Source: Antedon mediterranea (taxonomy: Eukaryota; Animalia; Echinodermata). From it: DNA of 64,000 nucleotides. The translations under genes were made by a program, and so were the position numbers. How positions within the stretch are numbered: the first letter of the stretch is position 1; each line of letters opens with the position of its first letter. Of the stretch, positions 1 through 10,400 are shown piece after piece. The notes beneath the pieces were generated by a model. It made no database searches and was not told the origin of the DNA. It saw only the letters and a list, made by a program, of their open reading frames with translations. The stretch is taken from contig NC_092674.1 of assembly GCF_964355755.1 (NCBI RefSeq), positions 17,298,001 to 17,362,000 of the forward strand, read 5' to 3'.

Positions 1-1677
1 ATAAATGGCAATATTATAGCATAATTATTTAATTTTAAAAACTGGAAAATTTTTGCCATTTTCGACCTTTTTAAATTTTGACATAAGTAGTTGCTATGGC
101 TCTATAAGATGATGTTAGAACAATATATGTGCATCAATGGCAATATTATAGCATAATTTTTGAATTTCAAAAAGTGGAAATTTTGGTCATTTTTCGAAAA
201 GAATTCCTATGGTCCCCCGCAGGGAAATTTTCGGAAAAATTTCCAAAGTTCAAACCTTTTATTTTTTGACATAACTAGTCACGATGGCTCTATAAGATGA
301 TTCTAACACAATATATTTGCATAAATGCCAATATAATAGCATAATTATTGAATTTTAAAAAGTGGAAATTTTGGTCATTTTTCGAAAAGAATTCCTATGG
401 TCCCCCGCAGGGAAATTTTCGCAAAAATGGCCAAATTTCAAACCTTTTATTTTTTGACATAACTAGTTACTATGGGTCTATAAGATGATGTTAGCACAAT
501 ATATGTGCATAAATGGCAATATTATAGCATAATTTTTGAATTTCAAAAAGTGGAAATCTTGGCAATGTTTCGAAAAAATTTCTATAAGATGATGTTAGTA
601 CAATATAATTTGCATAAATTGCAATATTATATAGCATTATTTTTTAATTTTAAACAATGGAAATTTTGACCATTTTTCGAAAATGCTTATATAATAGCAT
701 AATTATTGAATTTTAAAAAGTGGAAATTTTGGCCATTTTTCGAAAAAAATCCTATGAAATTTTGGCAAAAATGGCCAAATTTCAAACCTTTTATTTTGTT
801 GACATAACTAGTTACTATGGCTCTATAAGATGATGTTAGTACAATATATTTGCATAAATTGCAATATTATATAGCATTATTTTTTAATTTTAAACAATGG
901 AAATTTTGACCATTTTTCGAAAAAATTCCTATGGTCCCCCGCAGGGAAATTTTCGCAAAAATTTGCCAAATTTCGACCCTTTTATTTTTTGACATAACTA
1001 GTTACGATGGCTCTATAAGATAATGCTAACACAATATATTTGCATAAATGCCAATATAATAGCATAATTATTGAATTTTAAAAAGTTAAAATTTTGGCTA
1101 TTTTTCGAAAAACTTCCTATGGTTCCTCCGCAGGGAAATTTTCGCAAAAATGGCCAAATTTCAAACCTTTTATTTTTTGACATAACTAGTTACTATGGCT
1201 CTATAAGATGATGTTAGCACAATATATTTGCATAAATGGCAATATTATTATATAGCATACTTTTTTAATTAAAAAAAGTCGAAATGTTGGCAATTCTTCG
1301 AAAAAATGCCTATGGTCCCCCGCAGGGAAATTTTCGAAAAATGGCCAAATTTCGACCCCTTTATTTTTTGACATAACTAGTTACTATGGCTCTATAAGAT
1401 GATGTTAGCACAACATATTTCCATAAATGGCTATATTATAGCATAAATATTTAATTTTAAAAAGTGGAAAATTTTTGCCATTTTTCGAAAAAAAAAATCC
1501 TGTGGTCCCCCGCAAATTTGGACCCTTTTATTTTTTGACATAACTAGTTACTATGGCTCTATAAGATGATGTTAGCACAATATATTTGCATAAATAGCAA
1601 TATTAGCATAATTTTTTAATTTTAAACAATTTTTCGAAAAATGGCCAATTTTTCGAAAAATGGCTAAATTTCGACCC
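1..1677 (+). repeat. Satellite A, ~188-bp AT-rich monomer, left block (runs off the window start)
   Basis: Anchor CTATAAGATGATGTTA recurs at 102, 290, 478, 582, 823, 1013, 1201, 1392 and ~1559 (modal spacing 188-191 bp, with some deleted monomers). Monomer contains CCTATGGTCCCCCGCAGGGAAATTTTCG, TTTTCGAAAA and TAACTAGTTA. Block ends at ...TTCGACCC (1677). Confidence 0.95.
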
Positions 1678-2167
1678 AACAGCGGGTGTTTCAGAATCCT
1701 AGAATATAACGTGCAACGCTAGTGTTTTAATGTAACAGAAAAACACAGAAAAACTTACGAAACAGTCAAACACCAGTCAAATTAACTACAGCACAGTCTT
1801 AAACAGATCATAAACATCAAAGTTTGTAGTTAGACCAGATTCAGCTCAGTCGAAAACAAGGAAAAATAGTGAAGTACAGAGCTCGAACAAAACACGTCCG
1901 TGCTCGACCACAGTTCGTTTTACAAATATTACCTATATTTAGTCATCTGATAACATTTTTTACCACGCCGTTTATTTTTAATATTTTTTTTAAATGCCTC
2001 TCTATTTACAACATTTGTGTACAAAATGATAAGAAAGTGCTTATTTTCAACAAGCTTGTGTAACACAAATAAAATCCCAAAAAATATGAAACATAGGGGA
2101 AGCTATAGATCGATAATTATTGGAATGTATGATCAATAGAAATTTTTTGCACGCACCTGGCCTTTAA
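1678..2167 (-). mobile_element. Possible end fragment of a TTAA-flanked (Kolobok/piggyBac-type) non-autonomous DNA element
   Basis: Minus strand reads TTAA|AGGCCAGGTGCGTGC at 2167-2149, directly abutting the satellite B outlier. No partner terminus found in the window. Confidence 0.2.
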
Positions 2168-2357
2168 AACCGGGGAGATATCTGCACTTAAAACGGGGAG
2201 ATATCTGTACTTAAAAACGGGGAGATATCTGTACTTAAAAACGGGGAGATATCTTTACTTAAAAAACGGGGAGATATCTGTACTTAAAAACGGGTCGATT
2301 TCTTTACTTAAAAACGAGTCGATGTCTGTACGTAAAATTGGGGTCGATGTCTATGTA
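2165..2357 (-). repeat. Short inverted outlier of 25-bp minisatellite B (~8 units)
   Basis: Units AAAACGGGGAGATATCTGTACTTA grade into AAAATTGGGGTCGATGTCT / GTCGATGTCTGTACGTAAAA, the reverse complement of the B consensus ACGTACAGACATCGACCCCGATTTT. Confidence 0.85.
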
Positions 2358-2657
2358 ATTACGTGCGTAATGTTTTCGGTAATTCGTGCACTGGAGTATT
2401 GTGGACGACAAGGGATATCCATACGAGGTCACAGTGATGATGGATCACCTGTTGCCTTCACAGACAAACACATGGGCAATTTAAAGGAGTTGCTGCGACT
2501 TATGGCAGAAAGTGATGAGTCGCTTAATGACCAATTAAGTAGTTGCGCTCGAAACGCCAGCTATATTTCTAAGATGTCAGAGGACATTCAGCAACAACTT
2601 GTAAACAGAATAAAGGATGGTTGTGGTATATACCGATTGTCTGCAGATGAAGTCACA
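2358..2657 (+). pseudogene. hAT-superfamily transposase fragment (ZMYM1/THAP12-P52rIPK-like, DUF4371 region)
   Basis: ORF 2322-2702 contains CGRQGISIRGH..GNLKELLRLMAESDESL..QL...ARNASYISK..IQ..LV..IK..GIYRLSADEVT, matching the hAT pattern L-RGH / GNF..LL / A.Y.S / FS(I/L).ADE that carries the first catalytic Asp. Apparent deletion near SKM-SEDIQ; truncated at both ends; the ORF start codon lies in the minisatellite. Confidence 0.8.
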
Positions 2658-3132
2658 GCTAGAGGAATTAAAAATAACCAAAGAAAACATAATCAAAAAT
2701 AAGAAAGAAACACAAGACGCTTAAATTTGTCCTTACGTACCTCAGCACATTTCTCCAATATCTCCATTTTCCCACTACATTCTTTTACAAACATTTTTTT
2801 GGCATGCTGGCCAAAATGCACCAGGGCCGATTGTTCACCTTCCATCATGGTTGTAGACCAGTCGTATTTGAGGTGTAGGTGTCACTTTTTGCAGAATTTA
2901 CTTCATGTACTTTTTCTTGGGTAATTTTGGCTGTAGAATATGAATGTTGATCGCGACGGGGAGGGGGCGTTTTTGAGATATGAAGGGTCAAAGGTCAAAT
3001 TAGGTCAAATAAGTCATTTTATGAAGAGGAAATCGTTTAGATATGTTAAATGCAACAGAAATGTGTTGTCTAGTTGATATAGTCCAAATAAACATCATAT
3101 CCAAAATTTATCGAAATCGGACACCGGAAAGT

Positions 3133-3548
3133 GGGTTAATTGGCATAAATTCAAAATGGCCGCCATTTACCATTTGAAGTTCCCATATCTCCTCAACGGT
3201 TGGTTTTAGACCACCTAAGTGCATTACGAGTAAATATAAATGTGACATTAAACTTTCAAACTAGCATATTTAAATTACCATATGACGTAACTATGACGTC
3301 ATAAGGTAGTTGTGACGTCATATATTATGTTATAACTGCTTAAATGACATTATCCTATGCTAAAAAAAATGTAGAAACCGCAGGAAAACAATTTTCTAAC
3401 ATTTTCCTGTTGAAATGAACATGATACGGTCAGACATCAAAAAGGTTAATTAGCATAAATTCAGAATAGCCGCTATATACATGTGGTATTAAACTTTCCA
3501 ATTAATATTTAAATTACCATATAACGTACCTATGACGTCATAAGTTAG
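3133..3548 (+). repeat. Degenerate internal direct repeat within the TIR element
   Basis: GGTTAATTGGCATAAATTCAAAATGGCCGC (~3133) vs GGTTAATTAGCATAAATTCAGAATAGCCGC (~3444); ATATTTAAATTACCATATGACGTAACTATGACGTCATAAG (~3266) vs ATATTTAAATTACCATATAACGTACCTATGACGTCATAAG (~3505). Confidence 0.75.
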
Positions 3549-3858
3549 TAAAGTATGATGTCAAAAGAATGCGCAATTGGCATATTCTAAGAAAAAATAT
3601 GTTTTAAATCTCATGAAAATAGTAAAACATACAGGTTAAGATCATCAACTGTGTATCCGCATGGGCTCTATCCCCTCGTCGGGGAGCCTATCCCATATCT
3701 GGGAACACAGGTACTTTTTGTCGAGTCGGGGAATACTGTAAAAATCGTTGGCGTTCACTTCGTAGCCTCAGCGCCTAGAAAACCGCGACGTTCCATTGAC
3801 CGCGAGTACGTCGGAGGGCTATTATGCATTCATTATTGCCAGCTATCCAACTATTAAA

Positions 3859-5085
3859 CAATAGGTACGCACTTGTCTGGCGGTATCCCTTTGTACGAAT
3901 CGTTCAACGTTGTGTCCAAACGCGTGATATCATATTCCATCCAGGGACCAAAATGTGTCGTAGTATTACTTTCCAGGCGAAGTTTACTGACGGTTACGTT
4001 ATGTACTGTGTATCGACGTATGCTACAGCAAAAACGAATTATGTTAATCTGATACGTTTGTAATGAGTTTAATGTCGTTTAATTCCACCCTTACCTAAAA
4101 GCCATCCTAAATCTGGAGGGGCGAAGCAAATTTGGTTAAATGACACCTCTAGATGGCCGGAAATGGTATACTCTCGCACCTAACATTCATGATGAATAGC
4201 ACCTCTAATTAGTCGGAAAAGACACTCTCATGCAGCATGCTACCAATGAGCAAAACGATCGTATTCGTACCTTTTTTGATCATTCACTTGCGTTCAAGTT
4301 CAATGTGAACGTACGTACGTCTAGGGGAATCCCCAAAAAAAGCACTTTGTGTGAGAAGGCAAATTCAATGCTTATTATAGCTCTACCTATATTTATTTAC
4401 AGCAATTTGAAGAAATTAAATATTAATCAATCTTCTAATAGTAACCCACACTCTAATAATAGTAACCCTCCTTTTAATAGTAATAGTGTAACCCAGTCAA
4501 TAGTCAATCTATAATAATAACAACCCACTACTCTGATAGTAATAAGGAGATAATGCATGTTGATCTCGGGTGTGGGGAAGGATTGAGTGTTTTTGAGTTT
4601 ATAAGTTAGTTAGATAGTTAGTTCTGTTCAAACAAATGTGTTTATCCGTACTGTTTTATTATTTTGCTATGAGCTGCTGACCGGAATAGTTGGGGTGGGT
4701 TACTATTTTCAAGTAATAGTAACCCACTACTCTAATAGTAATACCCTTCTAGTAGTAACCCACCCTAAAAAACAATCAAAGAATAATATAATAACCCAGG
4801 GTTACAATTAGAAGATTTACGATATACTTTATGCATGCTGACTGCCGTGATCTAAACAATATAGGTACGTACGCTATTGTCTGGCGGTGTCCTTTGTACG
4901 AATCGTTCGTGCCCCAGCTCACTTTATGAGTACGATACACGCATCAATATCATGTTACATCCAGGGATTTCAGGTGAAAATCGGCAATTCATTTGCAACT
5001 CGTAAATTTACAGACACGTATCGCTCGACATACGCTCATACAGTGAAGAAGGTATCGAGTTATTCACGAACGAATTTTTCAAATT
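3859..5085 (+). repeat. Pair of diverged ~200-bp direct repeats about 1 kb apart (3859-4045 and 4857-5085)
   Basis: Both copies share ATAGGTACG..TTGTCTGGCGGT.TCC.TTTGTACGAATCGTTC, ATATCAT.TT.CATCCAGGGA, TTTAC.GAC and ACGAATT. Confidence 0.7.
4433..4800 (+). repeat. Cluster of short TAATAGTAACCC(AC) motifs
   Basis: About 8 imperfect copies, one inverted (GGGTGGGTTACTATT, ~4693-4707). Explains the low-complexity NSNPHSNNSNPP tail of ORF 4230-4514. Confidence 0.65.
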
Positions 5086-5146
5086 AACCTTTTGTACTGT
5101 GTGGGGCACGTATTTGGAGGATTTTCAGAGAAGAGGGTGAGGTATT

Positions 5147-5205
5147 GGGCATGTCGGGAATGGGGGTTCGCCCGAACCATAAAAACCCCTCTGGCTACGC
5201 GCCTG
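5147..5205. mobile_element. Possible terminal fragment of a CAG-ended (hAT-type) MITE
   Basis: GC-rich AAAACCCCTCTGGCTACGCGCCTG, i.e. CAGGCGCGTAGCCAG on the minus strand, resembles invertebrate hAT-type MITE ends. No partner end seen. Confidence 0.3.
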
Positions 5206-6306
5206 TACATATACATAGAAAATGCAATAGTTCATCATCAAAATACAGTATTACTATTATGGAATCAAACCACCATACACGCAAATTCCACATTTATCAG
5301 TTGGTCTTTGACATTTTAAACCATAATTATTATATGATGCTGGCTGTTTATTTTGTAGAATACATTTGGTATGATATAGCCATGTTTATTGGAATTATGT
5401 TGGTTCAGGGACAGAGAAACATTGTTTTATGTGATTTTCTACAGCTAGTTCTTTAGGGCAACCTTATTTTCTTTTATTGTTTAAAACATGATCTCAGTCA
5501 GAGAGGAAATATGTTCATGCTAGATGCAGCTTTTGTAATAAATAATACATTCAATATCGTTGTAGTATTTTCACAATGTTTCCACCTGAACAATGATGTC
5601 ACCTGTGAGAAATCGTTGGTTGATAGGGTTGCTGAATGTATTGTTATAATCAGCTGAATATACGGGTTGTAGTACACAGCATTTATTAGATTTATGTATA
5701 CAAAAATTAATGTTTTAGCTGTAAGACTACACACACGACACCATAATACATCTACACCTACGCTATTATTATGCCAGCTAGTTACTACACCAGTACTAGG
5801 GGAGGCCTAGTAGTATAGTAGTAGCCTACTCTAGAAGCCTGTCAGTAATAATAATATAAGTTCTAGGCCCTTACACCACCTAAAAATCGGGGGAAAAAAT
5901 TTAAAAACAGTAGTACACATGTTTATGTAAAGCTAGCGCTGCATGCAAAATAAGCTAGAGAAAGATGTTTCATGCATACGGTCACAATACGCTAGGCTAG
6001 TAAAAGCCTACCCACTATTCACTTGAGCGAACTTTATATGCGGTCATCGCGGTTTAAACGTCCTTTGTTTACATACGTCGTACGCTGGAAGCATTCATAT
6101 TCGGGCCTAGCCTAGACAATATCATTTTTGATCACTGAAAACGCGAAAATGAAAAGTTCTAACTAACTTTATACTACACAGTGTATTACTAAAACAATTT
6201 CAGCATATAAAACCGATCAGATTTATAAATTATTTTCACATTTACGTGAATAAAATTAACAGCAACGAAGTCTTTTTTAATCCAATTTACTCATAATTAT
6301 GTAGAA

Positions 6307-6322
6307 AGTGCGCCCTCTATTG
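6307..6322 (-). promoter_or_regulatory. CTCF-like motif just inside the right TIR of the Academ-like element
   Basis: Minus strand CAATAGAGGGCGCACT resembles the CTCF core CCACTAGAGGGCGC. Visual match only. Confidence 0.35.
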
Positions 6323-6599
6323 TCTAAATTTGTTTTATTTTGATTAATTTCGGCTCTCAAAAATCAAGATTTTAAACGTTTATATCTTTAAAAAGCCCCC
6401 ACGTTAGTCCGATCAACAACCAGATTCGTAATCTACGTCAAAAAATGCACTAGAAAAAGTTGGTTTGGAAAATTCTGCAGAAAAGTGACACCTGCCTCCA
6501 GATCCGACTGGTCTATTGGTTGTCAATGTGGTGAGTAAAAAGATTTTCCCATGTGTGTCACGCGTTGAGCATCAACATGTTTTGCTTGGCGGCAATGTT

Positions 6600-7479
6600 T
6601 CATTTATTTATTTCAATTTACAAATATATAAATATAAAGCGGAGGAGCCTAAAAGAAAGCAAAGCTTGTGGTGAATAGGCTCCTCGAAACAAATAATAAA
6701 ATATAAATAAAATAACACAATTAGAAACTAAAAAAAAAACAACAATTTAACTAATATCTTTTCTCTAACACATAAGTTGAACATGTTTAAAACTAAAAAA
6801 CAAGTAAAAAATAGATTATATAATTAATTTAAGAAATATCCAAATATATGTAAATAATAAAAGAATTTACAAAGAACCTTCAACCAATAATAGTTTAAAT
6901 TGACGTTTAAATAAGGCAAAGTTATGAGATTTTTAAGTGATAAAGGAAGAGAATTCCAGAGTTTAGGTACAGTGTATACAAGGGTGTTCATTTTAAGACT
7001 AGATCGAGTAAGTGGCAGGTGATCTTTTTGTCTTGTTTGGTGAGTGTGATATTGTTTATTTTGAGTGAATTTACTGGATATTATGGGTGGTAAGTGTCCA
7101 GCGGTTAATTGAAACATGATGACACCAACATTAAATGTATAGAGGTCCTCAATTTTAAATATTTTATTTTTTTTTGAAAAAGATCTTGGGTGTGAGCACC
7201 CTGAGATAATTCTGACAGCTCGTTTCTGGATTAATCAAATTTAGTATTAATTGATTTTGAAGCATTTCCCCAAGCAAGAACACCATAATTTAAGTACGAT
7301 AATATAAGAGTAGAATATAAAATATTTAATACTTTTTGAGGAAATATTGATTTCAATTTATACATCATGCCAACATATTTTGATAATAATTTGCAAAGGT
7401 AATTAACATGGGCTTTCCAGTCAAGTCTGTCGTCAATAAATATACCAAGAAATTTTGTGTTGATTATTTGATTAATAGG
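6600..7479 (-). mobile_element. Decayed 3' fragment of a Crack/L2-group (CR1-like) LINE
   Basis: Minus-strand translation PINQIINTKFLGIFIDDRLDWKAHVNYLCKLLSKYVGMMYKLKSIFPQKVLNILYSTLILSYLNYGVLAWGNA (7479-7260), then after frameshifts HTHQTRQ...PKLWNSLPLSLK (ORF 6824-7117). 3' UTR has a 10-bp perfect stem GAGGAGCCTA/TAGGCTCCTC (6642-6651 / 6676-6685) and an AATAAATAAAT tail at ~6602-6612. Confidence 0.88.
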
Positions 7480-7480
7480 A

Positions 7481-10400
7481 ACGTACAGAAATCTACTCAG
7501 AATTTACGTACCGACATCGACCCCGTTTTTAAGTGCAGACAACGACCCCGTTTTTACGTACAGACATCGACCTAGTTTTTACGTACATACATCGACACCG
7601 ATTTTACGTACAGACATCGACCCCGTTTTAACGTACAGACATCGACCTAGTTTTTACGTACCGACATCGACCTCGATTTAACGTACAGACAGCGACCCCG
7701 ATTTTACGTACAGACATCGACCTAGTTTTGACGTAGAGATATCGACTCCGTTTTGACGTACATACATCGACACCGATTTTACGCAAAGACAACGACCCCG
7801 ATTTCACGTACAGACATCGACCCCGATTTTATGTACAGACATCGACCATGATTTTACGTACAGACATCGACCTAGTTTTTACGTACAGACATCGACCCTG
7901 ATTTTACATACAGACATCGACCTAGTATTGACGTACAGACATCGACCCCGTTTTTACATACAGATATCAACTCCGCTTTTACGTACAGACATCGACCTAG
8001 TTTTTATGTACCGACATCGACCTCGACTTTACGTACAGACAGTGACCCCGATTTTACGTACAGACATCGACACCGTTTTGACGAACAGACATCGACCCCG
8101 TTTTGACGAACAGACATCGACACCGATTTTACAAAAAGACAACGACCCCGATTTCACGTACAGACATCGATCCCGTATTTACGTACAGACATCGACCTAG
8201 TTTTTACGTACATACATCGACCCAGATTTTACGTACAGACATCGACTTAGTTTTGACGTAGAGATATCGACTCCGTTTTGACGTACATACATCGACACCG
8301 ATTTTACGCAAAGACAACGACCCCGATTTCACGTACAGACATCGACCCCGATTTTACGTACAGACATCGACCTAGTTTTTACGTACATACATCGACACCG
8401 ATTTTACGTACAGACATCGACCCCGTTTTAACGTACAGACATCGACCTAGTTTTTACGTACCGACATCGACCTCGATTTAACGTACATACAGCGACCCCG
8501 ATTTTACGTACAGACATCGACTTAGTTTTGACGTAGAGATATCGACTCCGTTTTGACGTACATACATCGACACCGATTTTACGCAAAGACAACGACCCCG
8601 ATTTCACGTACAGACATCGACCCCGATTTTACGTACAGACATCGACCATGATTTTACGTACAGACATCGACCTAGTTTTTACGTACAGACATCGACCCTG
8701 ATTTTACATACAGACATCGACCTAGTATTGACGTACAGACATCGACCCCGTTTTTACATACAGATATCGACTCCGCTTTCACGTACAGACATCGACCTAG
8801 TTTTTATGTACCGACATCGACCTCGACTTTACGTACAGACAGCGACCCCGATTTTACGTACAGACATCGACACCGTTTTGACGAACAGACATCGACCCCG
8901 TTTTGACGAACAGACATCGACACCGATTTTACGCAAAGACAACGACCCCGATTTCACGTACAGACATCGATCCCGTATTTACGTACAGACATCGACCTAG
9001 TTTTTACGTACATACATCGACCCAGATTTTACGTACATACATCGACCCCGATTTTACGTACAGCCATCAACCCCGTTTTTACGTACGGACATTGACCTAG
9101 TTTTGACGTACAGATATCGACTCCGCTTACGTACAGACATCGACCTAGTTTTTATGTACCGATACCGACCTCGATTTTACGTACAGACAGTGACCCCGAT
9201 TTTACGTACAGACATCGACCTAGTTTTGACATACAGACATCGACTCCGTTTTTACGTAACGACATCGACCTAGTTTTTACGTACCGACATCGACCAAGTT
9301 TTTACGTACAGAAATTGACCCCGATTTTACGTACAGACATCGACCCCAATTTTACCTACAGACATCGACCCCGATTTTACGTACAGACATCGACCCGATT
9401 TTACGTACAGTCATCGACCCAGTTTTTACGTACAGACATCAACCTCGATTTTACGTACAGAAATCAACCCCGATTTTACGTACATACATCGACCCCGATT
9501 TTACGTACAGACATCGACCCCGATTTTACGTACAGACATCGACCTAGTTTTTACGCACCGACATCGACCTAGACTTTACATACAGTCAGCGACCCCAATT
9601 TTACATACAGACATCGACCTAGTTTTGACGTACAGATATCGACCCCGTTTTGACGTACAGACATCGACACCGATTTTACGCAAAGACAACGACCCCGATT
9701 TCACGTACAGACATCGACCCCGATTTTAAGTACAAACATCGACCATGATTTTACGTACAAGACATCGACCTAGTTTTTACGTACAGACATCGACCCTGAT
9801 TTTACATACAGACATTGACCTAGTTTTGACGTACAGACATCGACCCCGTTTTTACTGTATGTAAAATCAGGGTCGATGTCTGTACGTAAAAACTAGGTAG
9901 ATGTCTGTACGTAAAAACGGGGTCGATGTCTATACGTAAAATCGGGGTCGATGTCTGTACGTAAAAACGGAGTCATATATGTACGTCAAAACTAGGTCGA
10001 TGTCTGTTTGTAAAATCAGGGTCGATGTCTGTACGTAAAAACTAGGTCGATGTCTGTACGTAAAAACGGGGTCGATGTCTATACGTAAAATCGGGGTCGA
10101 TGTCTTCGACCCCGTTTTTACGTACCGACATCGACCTCAATTTTACGTACAGACAGCGACCCCGATTTTCAGTGACCCCGATTTTACTTACAGACATCAA
10201 CCTAGTTTTAACGTACAGATATCAACCCCGTTTTGACGTACATACATCGACAGCGATTTTACGTAAAGACAACGACCCCGATTTGACGTACAGACATCGA
10301 CCCCGATTTTACGTACAGCTATCAACCCCGTTTTGACGTACAGACATCGACCCCGTTTTTGACAAACAGACATCGACCTAGTTTTTCCGTACCGACCTCG

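Larger units (their letters stand above)
2854..6515. mobile_element. Non-autonomous TIR DNA transposon, Academ-like (TAG...CTA termini, 3-bp TSD TTG)
   Basis: Left end TAGACCAGTCGTATTTGAGGTGTAGGTGTCACTTTTTGCAGAATTT (2854-) aligns with the reverse complement of the right end TAGACCAGTCGGATCTGGAGGCAGGTGTCACTTTTCTGCAGAATTT (6515-). Similarity continues for ~130 bp (ACTTTTTCT, GTAGA, GTTGATCG, GGGGGC..TTTT..AGATAT). TTG flanks both ends (2851-2853, 6516-6518). No transposase ORF inside. Confidence 0.75.

Noticed and set aside
1-1677. CENP-B box in satellite A or C
   Set aside because: TTCG....A is present but the required CGGG is absent.
3651-5734. Short ORFs inside the Academ-like element
   Set aside because: All under ~105 aa, low complexity or motif-free; no transposase similarity recognised.
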